NCBI GenBank assembly: GCA_019187225.1
Contig: JABAQQ010000008.1
Location: 16,601 to 80,600 of the forward strand
Direction: 5' to 3'
From: Saprospiraceae bacterium
Lineage (GTDB): Bacteria > Bacteroidota > Bacteroidia > Chitinophagales > Saprospiraceae
Length of the DNA: 64,000 nt
The number at the start of each line of letters is the position of its first letter. Within the stretch, counting starts at the first letter, position 1. The notes below the pieces were generated by a model. The model was given only the letters and a program-made list of their open reading frames with translations. It did no database searches and was not told the origin of the DNA. Below are positions 7,415-17,200 of this stretch, in pieces. Made by a program: the position numbers and the translations under genes.

Positions 7415-8479
7415 ATGCGTTTTACCGCCACCCTCCACGACCGCAACCAAAACAGCGCCGCCCCCGTCACCGTCCGGACGGAACCGGGGGTGTTGTTTAT
7501 CGAACTCGAAAATGGGCATATTCTCGACTGGACATTGAGCGATCTCGATTCCGCGCGGGCCCTGGAGGATGGATCTTACATTCTGCAGAACGGCAAACGA
7601 TTCCTCGAAGTGACCGATCCCGGTTTTCGCGCAGGTCTGGAGCGGAGTTTCCCAAAAAACAAGCTGTTCCGGCACACTTTTTTCGACCGGATCGGATTTG
7701 CGGGATGCCTCGTGGCCATCGCGGGCATCCTGGCGCCGCTGCTGGTGCTGTACTTCTTCATTGCGCCCCGGATTGTGGAAAAAGCCGCTGAAAAAGTGCC
7801 GCCGGAGATAGAAAAACAGATCGGCGATACGTGGTTTCATTCCCTTACCGCCGCATACAGAACGGACACGGCTCTCACCCGGCTCGTGCAGCAATTCTAT
7901 GATTCACTCGGCTATGGCAGCGACTATACCATGCGCATCACCGTTGTCAGCGAGCCGGTCGTCAATGCCTTCGCCGTGCCGGGCGGCCATATCGTGGTGT
8001 TCGACAGCATCATCGGCATCATGGATGCGCCGGAACAATTAGCCGCATTGCTGGCGCACGAGGCGAGCCACATCCAACTCAAACATTCCACCCGCTCCAT
8101 TTTCCGGGAATTGGCCAACAGCCTGATGTTCAGCCTGATGCTCGGCGACTACGGAGACTTCAGCGCCATTGTGGCGCGGCACGGCGACGAATTGGCCGGA
8201 CTTTCCTATTCACGCAAACTCGAATTCGAGGCCGACGAAAACGGAATGGAACTGATGTTCGCCAGCGGCATTCCTCTGCACGGCATGGCGGATCTGTTCC
8301 GGAGAATGAAAATGGCACAGGAAAACGGGCACAACGACGTGCCGGATTTTCTCAGCACCCATCCGTCCATGGAAGAGCGACTCGGCGTTGTCGAACAAAA
8401 AATCAAGGAACGGGGTGAGAGCAGCCGCAAAGCGAACGCCAGCCTGTACCGGATCTGGCAGGAAATCAAACGCCAGTGA
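7415..8479 (+). CDS. M48 family metallopeptidase, membrane-associated
   Basis: HExxH motif LLAHEASHIQLKH, downstream EFEADENG, and a TM segment FAGCLVAIAGILAPLLVLYFFIA. The start is placed at ATG 7415 because the 7283 extension overlaps the tRNA terminator. Confidence 0.8.
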   Translation: MRFTATLHDRNQNSAAPVTVRTEPGVLFIELENGHILDWTLSDLDSARALEDGSYILQNGKRFLEVTDPGFRAGLERSFPKNKLFRHTFFDRIGFAGCLVAIAGILAPLLVLYFFIAPRIVEKAAEKVPPEIEKQIGDTWFHSLTAAYRTDTALTRLVQQFYDSLGYGSDYTMRITVVSEPVVNAFAVPGGHIVVFDSIIGIMDAPEQLAALLAHEASHIQLKHSTRSIFRELANSLMFSLMLGDYGDFSAIVARHGDELAGLSYSRKLEFEADENGMELMFASGIPLHGMADLFRRMKMAQENGHNDVPDFLSTHPSMEERLGVVEQKIKERGESSRKANASLYRIWQEIKRQ

Positions 8480-8484
8480 CAGGA

Positions 8485-9159
8485 TTAATGCCTGTAAATC
8501 CACCGTGTATTGAACTTCTTTCGAAAGGAAAGACCTGCCAGCACACCGAATACGAAACCGCCGATGTGCGCCCACCAGGCTATGCCGCCACCGGTCTCAG
8601 CCGGGGTGCCCAGTACTCCCATACCTGAAATGGCTTGTTGCACAAACCAGATGCCCAAAAAAACCCACGAAGGCACGTAAAAAACGATGAAGAAAATCAG
8701 GAAAAACATCTTCACCCGCGAGCCGGGAAACATGATGATGTAGGCGCCCATCACCGCTGCGATGGCGCCGCTCGCGCCTACCACCGGCACGCCGCTGGAC
8801 GGATCTATCGCCACCTGCATCAAACTCGCCGTGATGCCGCCCAATAAGTAAAAAAGCAAAAAGCGGAAATTGCCGATCACAGCCTCGATGTTGTCGGCAA
8901 AAATCCAGAGATACAGCATATTGCCCAGGAGATGCAGCCAATTGCCATGCATGAACAGGCTCGTAAACAGCGTCTGCAGGTCGAGTCCCCGTACAACTTC
9001 ATTCGGAATGACGCCCCAGGTTTCCACAAATGCGGCTTGCAGGGGTGCAACCATCGAAGACTGAAAAATAAATACTGCGATATTCAGCAACAGAAAACCG
9101 TAACTGAAAACGGGCGGGTGGCCGCCTTTAATGTTGTCGTCGCCGATGGGGAAAAGCAT
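8485..9159 (-). CDS. rhomboid family intramembrane serine protease
   Basis: Six or seven TM segments, catalytic GASGAIAAVMGAY, and His in WAHIGGFVFG. Confidence 0.85.
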   Translation of the reverse strand: MLFPIGDDNIKGGHPPVFSYGFLLLNIAVFIFQSSMVAPLQAAFVETWGVIPNEVVRGLDLQTLFTSLFMHGNWLHLLGNMLYLWIFADNIEAVIGNFRFLLFYLLGGITASLMQVAIDPSSGVPVVGASGAIAAVMGAYIIMFPGSRVKMFFLIFFIVFYVPSWVFLGIWFVQQAISGMGVLGTPAETGGGIAWWAHIGGFVFGVLAGLSFRKKFNTRWIYRH

Positions 9160-9186
9160 TGGATTGCGGATTGCGGATTGCGGAGG
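9160..9186. repeat. heptamer microsatellite (GGATTGC) x3-4
   Basis: Sequence tggattgcggattgcggattgcggagg lies directly next to the rhomboid start codon, between rhomboid and rnpA. Confidence 0.9.
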
Positions 9187-9197
9187 GAAAGGTAGTT

Positions 9198-9599
9198 TTA
9201 TAGCGGGAATTTATGGGTCATCTTTTTAACGCCTCTTTCAATTTCGTCAAAAGGCAGTTCTTCTTTGGCGATATAGATCAACATCAGGGAAATGTGCCGT
9301 CCGGCAAGTTTGGCGAAGAGCTGGTGTTTGTTCAGGCGGTAGGCTTCGCGGATGCGGCGTTTGATGCGGTTGCGCGCCACAGCGGTTTTGAAACTTTTTT
9401 TAGGAACGGTAATGGCAATTTGGGCGTTCGTTTCCGACGATCCCTCCCCTGGCCCTTCCCCTGCAGGAAGGAGTGGGGAACTGGGCTCGGGCAACCACAC
9501 CACCCGCAGCGGATAGGCCACGAACGAGTTGCCTTCTTTAAAAAGCCGCCCAATGGTTTTGCGGCTTTTCAGCCTTTCCTGCTTTGAAAATGTGGGCAT
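9198..9599 (-). CDS. rnpA: ribonuclease P protein component
   Basis: FSKQERLKSRKTIGRLFKEGNSFVAYPLRVVW and KKSFKTAVARNRIKRRIREAYR. The gene lies immediately downstream of rpmH. The start is placed at MPTFSKQ. It carries a low-complexity insert, PEPSSPLLPAGEGPGEGSSE. Confidence 0.9.
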   Translation of the reverse strand: MPTFSKQERLKSRKTIGRLFKEGNSFVAYPLRVVWLPEPSSPLLPAGEGPGEGSSETNAQIAITVPKKSFKTAVARNRIKRRIREAYRLNKHQLFAKLAGRHISLMLIYIAKEELPFDEIERGVKKMTHKFPL

Positions 9600-9725
9600 G
9601 ACGAGGCGAATATAGGGGTTCCGAAGGGATTTGAATACAAAAGAAACCCGTCCTTCGGCGCAAGACCGGAGGACGGGCAGATATTTTGTATGCGGCAAAC
9701 CGCTTGCTGCGAACGGCCCGATGTT

Positions 9726-9881
9726 TTATTTGAGGCGGCGTTCGTCTGAGACGCTGAGCTTCCAACGGCCTTGTTTGCGGCGACGCGAGAGGACTTTGCG
9801 GCCATTTTTCGATTCCATGCGCTCACGGAAACCGTGTTTGTTCTTGCGGGAGCGGCGGGAAGGTTGATAGGTACGTTTCAT
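9726..9881 (-). CDS. rpmH: 50S ribosomal protein L34
   Basis: Hand translation gives [51 protein letters not shown] (51 aa). It is absent from the ORF track because it is under 60 aa. Classic rpmH-rnpA arrangement. Confidence 0.95.
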   Translation of the reverse strand: MKRTYQPSRRSRKNKHGFRERMESKNGRKVLSRRRKQGRWKLSVSDERRLK

Positions 9882-9923
9882 CGCTTATCGAAAAGTATTG
9901 TGTGCGGTCAAAAAATCGGAGCG

Positions 9924-9952
9924 CAAAGGTAATGCTACTTTCCGAAAATCAA
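9924..9952 (-). promoter_or_regulatory. candidate Bacteroidota promoter for rpmH-rnpA
   Basis: On the minus strand: TTG, an 18-nt spacer, then TACCTTTG. The -7 box ends 42 nt upstream of the rpmH ATG. Confidence 0.45.
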
Positions 9953-10237
9953 AGAAGGGAATTTATATTTTTCTGAAAAACAACGCCAACATACCGGCAA
10001 CAGACAACGTTACCGCTCTGTTTGTCGTCCGTTCGATGGCCAATGACCCCATGATTTCAGGAGCGAAATGACCCGATTTGGCTTCGGGCGGACATTTCAA
10101 GCGGTTAATATTCTTTTAAAACCCAACTATATAAGCAGCAACACGTTAATTCGCTGTTTCTTTGCAAACTCAAACTGTGAGTGGCGTGAGAGGCGTGAGA
10201 AAATTCAAATCCGACATTTTCAATATTCAACCAAAAT

Positions 10238-12439
10238 ATGCGCAACGGTACCCGTATTTCCCTGCTTGCACTTATTTATGCCTTGGTTTCAACGGCATTG
10301 CTCGCTCAAAACCCGGTAAAATGGTCGTTTTCGACCAAAGATGCCGGCAACTGTCAGGTGGACCTGATTTTTACAGGCACCATTGACGAAGGATGGTACA
10401 CCTATTCGCAATATCTTGAAAGTGAGGATGGCCCGGTGGCGACGAGTATCACATTCGACCAGCAACCGCATTTTAAACTGATGGGTAAAGCCAAAGAAGG
10501 CGGCGAGATCATCAAGGTGCACGATAAGGTTTTTGATATGAACCTCACCAAGTTCAAACACAAAGCCGTCATCACCCAGCGCATAGAAGTGAGCGACCCG
10601 ACCAAGCCGATTGTGGGGTATATAACGTTTATGACCTGCAACGACGAGATGTGCCTGCCTCCCAGGGATGTGGATTTTACCTTCAAAACCGGAACGCTGA
10701 GCAATTGCGTCACCGCTCCGGCAAAAAATGACAAACAGACATTGCCCGGCGCCAAAGATCAGGGTGCTGTGACGCCCGAAGCAACGCCTGCCGCGCCCGT
10801 CGAGACGAAACCCGGCACTGAAAACATCGCCGCCTCACCCGCTACCCAGGAAGGTCTGACCGCACCGGACGACCCGAATTTCAAAGGGTTTTTCCAATCC
10901 AAGCGGCCCGAGATCAATGCTGCCAAATTCGTGGGCAGCTGCGGCGACCTTTCCGCTGGCGGCAGCCAGGGCGCTTCGCTGGTGTCGTTGTTCCTGTTTT
11001 GTTTCATCGGTGGGCTTATTGCCCTGCTGACGCCCTGTGTGTTCCCGATGATCCCGATGACCGTGAGTTTTTTCGTGAAACGCTCGAGAGACCGCAGTGC
11101 CGGACTCCGAAACGCATTTATCTATGCAGCCAGCATCGTTTTGATCTTTTTGGCCCTGGGCACGGCTGTCACGGCTGCGCTCGGCCCCACCGCGCTGAAT
11201 GACATGAGCACGAACAAGTGGTTCAATCTCGTGGTGTTCGCGCTGCTCGTGGTTTTCGCTTTCTCGTTCTTCGGTTTCTATGACATCAGCCTCCCCTCCT
11301 CGTGGGTCAATAAAAGCGACCGCATGGCCGACAAAGGCGGGCTGGTCGGTACTTTTTTTATGGCATTCACGCTGGTATTGGTGTCGTTTTCCTGCACAGG
11401 CCCGATCGTAGGCACACTGCTGGTGGAAGCAGCCCGCTCCAATGCAGGCGCTTCGCTGCTGGGTTTCATCCCTTTAAAACCTGCGGTAGGCATGCTCGGT
11501 TTCGGCATGGGTCTGGCCTTGCCTTTCGGCTTGTTCGCCATGTTCCCCGGCTGGCTCAATTCGCTGCCCAAATCCGGCGGCTGGATGGACAACCTGAAGA
11601 TCACCCTCGGCCTCGTCGAACTGGCCCTGGCATTTAAATTTCTCAGCACGGCCGATATGGTGGAACAATGGGGTATCCTGCGTTTTGAGACCTTCATGGC
11701 ACTGTGGTTCCTGATCGCACTGGCATTGGCGCTTTATCAATTCGGCTTGATCCCCTGGAAAGGTAACAAGGGCAGGCCAGGTGTTGGAAGACTGGCATTG
11801 GCGATATCCTCCCTGGCATTTGCCATTTATGTCGGTTGGGGTTTGTTGAAATACGAATCTTTGTCGCTGCTAAGCGGTCTCGCACCGCCGGTACATTACA
11901 GCTACAAGTACGAAAGCAATAAAGGTCATCACGAAGGGCCCGGCTGCCCGCACGGCCTGAACTGCTTCCACGATTTCGACGAAGGTTTGGCTGAAGCGAA
12001 ACGCCAAAATAAACCTTTGTTTATTGACTTTACAGGGCACGGCTGCGTGAACTGCCGCAAAATGGAAGAAAACGTGTGGCCGAAACCCGGCATCATTGAC
12101 CACCTGCGCGACAATTATGTCGTAGTATCGCTCTATGTGGATGAAAAGGTGCGTTTGTTCCCGGAAAACGATTTTGCCTACCTGCTCGACCCCAAAACAG
12201 GCCAAAAACTCCGCACGGTGGGCAGCAAATGGAGCGCTTTCCAGGTCAACAACTTCGACGTGAGCGCCCAACCCTATTATGTACTGATGCACAACGACGG
12301 CAAAACGCTCCTGAACAAACCGACCGATTACACCAACGGAAACGATCCCGTTGTGTACAAGGCTTTTCTCGATTGCGGTCTGGAGGCTTTCCAAAGACTG
12401 AAAAACGGGGAAGGACAGGAGTTGATCGGAGCGAAGTGA
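10238..12439 (+). CDS. DsbD-family protein-disulfide reductase (DsbD-N-like domain, CcdA-type membrane core, C-terminal thioredoxin fold)
   Basis: Signal peptide, membrane-core motif LLTPCVFPMIPMT, a second Cys in VSFSCTGPIVG, and thioredoxin motif GHGCVNCRKME. Confidence 0.85.
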   Translation: MRNGTRISLLALIYALVSTALLAQNPVKWSFSTKDAGNCQVDLIFTGTIDEGWYTYSQYLESEDGPVATSITFDQQPHFKLMGKAKEGGEIIKVHDKVFDMNLTKFKHKAVITQRIEVSDPTKPIVGYITFMTCNDEMCLPPRDVDFTFKTGTLSNCVTAPAKNDKQTLPGAKDQGAVTPEATPAAPVETKPGTENIAASPATQEGLTAPDDPNFKGFFQSKRPEINAAKFVGSCGDLSAGGSQGASLVSLFLFCFIGGLIALLTPCVFPMIPMTVSFFVKRSRDRSAGLRNAFIYAASIVLIFLALGTAVTAALGPTALNDMSTNKWFNLVVFALLVVFAFSFFGFYDISLPSSWVNKSDRMADKGGLVGTFFMAFTLVLVSFSCTGPIVGTLLVEAARSNAGASLLGFIPLKPAVGMLGFGMGLALPFGLFAMFPGWLNSLPKSGGWMDNLKITLGLVELALAFKFLSTADMVEQWGILRFETFMALWFLIALALALYQFGLIPWKGNKGRPGVGRLALAISSLAFAIYVGWGLLKYESLSLLSGLAPPVHYSYKYESNKGHHEGPGCPHGLNCFHDFDEGLAEAKRQNKPLFIDFTGHGCVNCRKMEENVWPKPGIIDHLRDNYVVVSLYVDEKVRLFPENDFAYLLDPKTGQKLRTVGSKWSAFQVNNFDVSAQPYYVLMHNDGKTLLNKPTDYTNGNDPVVYKAFLDCGLEAFQRLKNGEGQELIGAK

Positions 12440-12470
12440 CATACGACGTGCGACATGCGACGTAAATAGC

Positions 12471-12512
12471 GGAGCGCCATTTTCCAACAGGAGGATGGCG
12501 CTCCTTGTTTTT
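12471..12512 (+). terminator. rho-independent terminator
   Basis: GGAGCGCCAT, a 14-nt loop, ATGGCGCTCC, then TTGTTTTTT. Confidence 0.8.
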
Positions 12513-12579
12513 TACAGAAAAGACTTGTTTGTTGTCACCATTTTTGGTTACTTTTACTGGCACATAAACCAGTGATATT

Positions 12580-15123
12580 ATGAAAAACAATCTGACCTCG
12601 CTCGCCCTTTTACTTTTATTCGCCACTTCATCATCCGCCCAGAGCACCTTCGAAAGACATTACGGCGCCCCTTCCAAACTCGACGCTTTTTCGGCCATAG
12701 TCCCGGCCGCCGACGGCGGCTATTTGTGTGCAGGCACAACGGCTAATTTCGGGAGCGAAGATTGGGACATTATGCTGATTAAAACCGACGCGGATGGCAA
12801 TGCGGTCTGGACAAAAACCTGGGGCGGGCCCGGCAACGATGGCGCCGCAGGCATCGTGAATGCCACAGGAGGGAACGGCTATTTATTGGCAGGTTATACT
12901 GCTGGCGCCAACGGCGACCGAGATTTCCTGGCGTTGCGCCTCGATGAAAACGGCGAAGAAATGTGGCGCATCGTGCGCGGCGGATCGGACGACGACGCTG
13001 CCACACATGCGCTGGTTGCAAGCAACGGCGATTTCCTCGTCTCAGGCCATACCATCGCCTCTCAATTTGCCGGGCAGGAAGTGCTGGCTATCCGCCTCTC
13101 AGCCACCGGCAATGTTGTTTGGGAAAACACCTACTCTCCCGATGAATCAAAAGGCGCGGTCGAAACCGCGGACGGCGGCTTCATTTTGCCGTTCGGATTC
13201 GATTTTTTGTACAAAATCAACGCGCAGGGTGTTTTTTCCTGGGAAAAAACGCTCAGTACGCCGGATTTTTCTCCTTATATCGAATTTATACAACGAGACT
13301 CCAGCGGACAAATTCTGATAGGGGGCGGTGATTTTGGCAGTGGAAGCCCCTTCCTCGCTTTTTTGGATGACGATGGCAACATCGCATCGCGGTATCACAT
13401 TCAGGACAGTGCTACTTTTGCGTTTTCACAATTGCAAAGAGCTATCGGCGCCGTACCGCTTGCGGGCGGCACATACGCCCTGGCTTTCCGCGATTTATTT
13501 TCGCCGACCGCTTCACCGTTCACCCCCGGATTGGCAGTATTCTCCCCTTCAGGCGACACCCTTCTCTGGTATTCCACTTATGAGGCGCTCGATCTGGCCG
13601 ATATCTGGAACCCCGGCCAACTGATCCGGGCCGGAACAGGCACTGACGTGTTGTTGGCCGGAAGCACATCGAACAACGATGAAGGCGTGAACGCCATGCT
13701 GGCAAAATACTCCGGCCCGGGCGCCCCCCTCTGGCGCAAATCTTACGGTGTTGCCGCTCCGGCCGACAATGAAGGCGCCCGAAAGGTGCTGCAAACCAGC
13801 GACGGCGGCTATATAGTGCTCGCCAACAAAGCAGTAGCGGGCAATTCCCGCGATATCTGGCTCATCAAAACCGATGCAAACGGTTCGGTGCAATGGGATG
13901 CAGCATACGGGTTTCCCGACGCAGACGACATTGCCGGGGTGGATGCCACGCCCGACGGCGGTTATATAGCGACGGCATACAACGGTCCATCCATCCGGGT
14001 ATTCAAAATCAGCGGCAGCGGACAACTGCAATGGCTCAAAAAATTCGATACCGGACTTGCCGACGGCACCTTCGGGATACGCGCTACCGCCGACAACGGG
14101 TGCCTGCTGATCTTTCCTGCCATTATCCCGAATATCATCGTAGGAAGCACTTTGATGAAAGTTGGACCTCAGGGCGACAGTTTGTGGTCCAAATATTATT
14201 CAGATTTAGGCTCAGGATACGACGAGCCCTTTTTGTACGGCATCGCATTCGCTTCGGACAACCGCTTTGCGCTGTGTGGCGGGGTGGAGGCTCCACCTAA
14301 TGGTGACTTATGGCCGGTTGTGGCATTCACAGATATCAACGGCAACCTGCTCTCGGCAAAAGCGTACGATACCAATGATCTGCTGGCCATCATGATTGAT
14401 GTCCATACGACTGCCAGCAACGGCTTCGTCACCCATGGTATCCGGATAGACAATAACACCGGCACCCTCCGGCCACTTGTGATCCGCACCGACACAAACG
14501 GCAATCTGCTCTGGACTGCCAAGCCCGACGACCCCAATGCAGGATTTTTGTTTCCCTGGGCAAGCGCTTACACGGGTAATTCCGGCCATACTTTTCTGTT
14601 TGAACAAAAACGCCTGGATTCCGGCAACAAGCCGCTGCTGCCCCTGCGCGACTACGCGGGCAGTGTTCACAAACTGAACGCCGACGGCCAAATCATCTGC
14701 GATGTAAATTTTGGCCTTGGGAAAGCCGGCCAATTCTCCGGCGGCGCAACCACTTCCGACGGCGGTGCCGTCGCGGTGGGCAACGCTGTTTTCGACAACT
14801 CCACCGATGCGTGGATCGTGAAAATGAACCCCGATTGTACGGTGGGATTTCAAACGCCGCTTGCGCCGCCGTTTGGGATGAGGATATCGCCCAGCCCTTC
14901 ATCAGGGCCGTTTGTCCTGGAAATTGAATCGGAAATAAACGGCTCCCTTTCTGTAGATGTAGTCAATGCGGCGGGTGATAAGGTTCTGGAGTGGCACGGA
15001 AGAAAAAACGCGGCTGTGTTGCGCCAAGCCTTCGATCTGAGCAGCGTTGCCGACGGGGTTTATTTTGTGCGGGTGCAAATCGGCGAAAAAGCGCGGGTTT
15101 CGGGCTGGGTGAAACACAAATAA
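12580..15123 (+). CDS. secreted repeat (beta-propeller-like) protein with T9SS C-terminal domain
   Basis: Signal peptide LLLLFATSSSAQS. About 10 degenerate units of the type TxDGGY...IKTDxxGxxxW. C terminus GVYFVRVQIGEKARVSGWVKHK. Confidence 0.65.
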   Translation: MKNNLTSLALLLLFATSSSAQSTFERHYGAPSKLDAFSAIVPAADGGYLCAGTTANFGSEDWDIMLIKTDADGNAVWTKTWGGPGNDGAAGIVNATGGNGYLLAGYTAGANGDRDFLALRLDENGEEMWRIVRGGSDDDAATHALVASNGDFLVSGHTIASQFAGQEVLAIRLSATGNVVWENTYSPDESKGAVETADGGFILPFGFDFLYKINAQGVFSWEKTLSTPDFSPYIEFIQRDSSGQILIGGGDFGSGSPFLAFLDDDGNIASRYHIQDSATFAFSQLQRAIGAVPLAGGTYALAFRDLFSPTASPFTPGLAVFSPSGDTLLWYSTYEALDLADIWNPGQLIRAGTGTDVLLAGSTSNNDEGVNAMLAKYSGPGAPLWRKSYGVAAPADNEGARKVLQTSDGGYIVLANKAVAGNSRDIWLIKTDANGSVQWDAAYGFPDADDIAGVDATPDGGYIATAYNGPSIRVFKISGSGQLQWLKKFDTGLADGTFGIRATADNGCLLIFPAIIPNIIVGSTLMKVGPQGDSLWSKYYSDLGSGYDEPFLYGIAFASDNRFALCGGVEAPPNGDLWPVVAFTDINGNLLSAKAYDTNDLLAIMIDVHTTASNGFVTHGIRIDNNTGTLRPLVIRTDTNGNLLWTAKPDDPNAGFLFPWASAYTGNSGHTFLFEQKRLDSGNKPLLPLRDYAGSVHKLNADGQIICDVNFGLGKAGQFSGGATTSDGGAVAVGNAVFDNSTDAWIVKMNPDCTVGFQTPLAPPFGMRISPSPSSGPFVLEIESEINGSLSVDVVNAAGDKVLEWHGRKNAAVLRQAFDLSSVADGVYFVRVQIGEKARVSGWVKHK

Positions 15124-15127
15124 TTGT

Positions 15128-15210
15128 TTAAACACACAGGCACATAGAACACAATAGTATTTGTCTGTTTTAAGGAGTTGACTGTGTGTTCTATGTGCCT
15201 GTGTGTTTAA
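15128..15210. terminator. long perfect hairpin between convergent genes (26-bp arms, 31-nt loop)
   Basis: ttaaacacacaggcacatagaacaca pairs with tgtgttctatgtgcctgtgtgtttaa. Confidence 0.5.
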
Positions 15211-15218
15211 TGTAATAT

Positions 15219-15476
15219 CTAATCCTTCCGGCTTTTTTGGAGCAACTCCCGCGAAGCCTCCGACAGCTCAGCCGGGTCGAATTCGACTTTCGATAAAATA
15301 TCGAGCAGGCAATTGATGCGGGCTTCGGTGTCGAAAAATCTGTTGACCACTGCAATGCGGCGGTTCTCAACGAGGCAATACCCGCTTTGAAAATTGCCTT
15401 TTTCGTAGCGCACCGTGTAGTCGAGTTCTTTCAATACTTCCTCGAGTTTTTTTAATGTCGTTTGAGTATAGCGCAT
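15219..15476 (-). CDS. small conserved-looking hypothetical protein (85 aa)
   Basis: Clean ORF with balanced composition (MRYTQTTLKKLEEVLKELDYTVRYEKGNF...). No family recognised. Confidence 0.5.
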   Translation of the reverse strand: MRYTQTTLKKLEEVLKELDYTVRYEKGNFQSGYCLVENRRIAVVNRFFDTEARINCLLDILSKVEFDPAELSEASRELLQKSRKD

Positions 15477-15609
15477 CGCATTTATGGGTTGTTAGTTGTT
15501 GGTTATTCGTTCCTGGCGACAACCTTGAAATCAAATTTTATACGCAGACAACCGGCAACTGTCGGCGAACATCTATTTTGCAGCGCAAAATTATCCAAAA
15601 TTTTACACC

Positions 15610-16254
15610 ATGCGGATCAACACATACTACTTCCCGGCGCTGCTGGCAGCGCTTTTTTTACTTCCGGCTTCTGTACAAAGCCAACGGACCCAACGCTTTA
15701 AAGCCGGCATCATTGCGGGGTTGACGGCTTCGCAAATTGACGGCGACGTGTCGGCCGGTTACCACAAAGTGGGCTGGCAGGCGGGCCTTCGCGGGATTGC
15801 CAGATTGAAAACCAAGCAAGAGGCCAGCATCGAGATCCTTTATACCCAACGCGGTTGCCGCAACGAACCGAAAACGATCCCGTTTTACAGTACCACACTC
15901 GATTACATCGAAATACCGGTGCAATGGCATTATGCCGACTGGCTTGTGGACGAAGGCGACGATGCCGACAATTTTTACCGCGTTCAACTCAATCTGGGCG
16001 TTACCTATGGCCGCCTGATGGGATATAAGGATAAATACGATGACGGTTACGGCATCGCCGAAGCGTTGCCCGATTTGAACGAAAACAGTTTTTGTTTCCT
16101 GGCAGGCGTCACTTTCTACGCTACCAAACACCTCGGTATTACCGCCCGGTGGCACCGGGCGGTCAACAGACTCTACAGCCCCAAAGACAGTGGAGGATTT
16201 GCCAACTCGCTCAATGAACATTTCCTGGCTTTTCAGGCAATGTATGTGTTTTAA
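15610..16254 (+). CDS. outer-membrane beta-barrel protein (PorT/OmpA-like barrel family)
   Basis: Signal peptide, alternating hydrophobic beta-strand pattern, and a C-terminal aromatic end (FQAMYVF). Confidence 0.6.
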   Translation: MRINTYYFPALLAALFLLPASVQSQRTQRFKAGIIAGLTASQIDGDVSAGYHKVGWQAGLRGIARLKTKQEASIEILYTQRGCRNEPKTIPFYSTTLDYIEIPVQWHYADWLVDEGDDADNFYRVQLNLGVTYGRLMGYKDKYDDGYGIAEALPDLNENSFCFLAGVTFYATKHLGITARWHRAVNRLYSPKDSGGFANSLNEHFLAFQAMYVF

Positions 16255-16264
16255 ACGGACTTCC

Positions 16265-17200
16265 ATGCGCGTCGCCGTCCTCGATCTTGGAACGAATACC
16301 TTTCACCTGCTCATCGCCGAGAGCGACGGCGCAGGCGGCTGGCAGTATTTGACTAAAAACAAAATTTACGTAAAACTGGCCGAAGAAGGTATTCATAGAA
16401 TCGGCGAAGCGGCGTTCGGACGGGCGCTCGACGCTTTGCGTATTTTTAAATCGGAAATGGATGCCGCCGGGGTATTGCCTTCCCGTATTCGCGCATTGGG
16501 CACTGCCGCCCTCCGAACGGCGGACAATGCGCCGGATCTTGTCGAACAGGCCGCTGCCATCACCGGCGTCCGGCCCGAAACGATTCCCGGCGAGCGCGAA
16601 GCCGAATTGATCCATAAGGGTGTTCGCCAGGCGGTGCCTTTCCCCGATCACCGGGTCCTGATCATGGACATCGGCGGCGGAAGCGTCGAATTCATCATAG
16701 CCGACCGGGATAAAGTGTACTGGCAACAGAGTTTTCCGGTTGGTGTGGCAGTGCTGCGGCAGGCATTTCACCACAGCGATCCTATCACCGCTGATGAAAT
16801 ACAGCACGTAGAAAATTATCTTGAAACTGCGCTTGCAGACCTATGGCGGGCGCTTGGAAATTTCCCCTCCCCCACCCTCGTGGGCGCTTCCGGCACTTTC
16901 GATGTGATCGATCTTTTCCTGCTCGATGCGGCGGAAAAACCCGAATTGTACGGGATCATCCCCGTGGAGGATTTTTACCCTTTATATCAAAAATTGGTTG
17001 AAAGCACGATGGCCGGGCGCCGCGCCATGCCCAAAATGCCCGACGAACGTGTGGAAATGGTGGTTGTAGCCGTCGTGTTGATCCGCAAAGTGCTGCAAAA
17101 AGCGCGTATAGGAGACATTTATACCTCCACCTATGCGATGAAAGAGGGAATGCTGACGGAATTGTTGGATTTGTTCGATGAGAAAAACCAGTATCCTTAA
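16265..17200 (+). CDS. Ppx/GppA family phosphatase (exopolyphosphatase-like)
   Basis: N-terminal phosphate-1 motif VAVLDLGTNTFHLLIAE, then IMDIGGGSVEF. The start is placed at ATG 16265. Confidence 0.85.
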   Translation: MRVAVLDLGTNTFHLLIAESDGAGGWQYLTKNKIYVKLAEEGIHRIGEAAFGRALDALRIFKSEMDAAGVLPSRIRALGTAALRTADNAPDLVEQAAAITGVRPETIPGEREAELIHKGVRQAVPFPDHRVLIMDIGGGSVEFIIADRDKVYWQQSFPVGVAVLRQAFHHSDPITADEIQHVENYLETALADLWRALGNFPSPTLVGASGTFDVIDLFLLDAAEKPELYGIIPVEDFYPLYQKLVESTMAGRRAMPKMPDERVEMVVVAVVLIRKVLQKARIGDIYTSTYAMKEGMLTELLDLFDEKNQYP

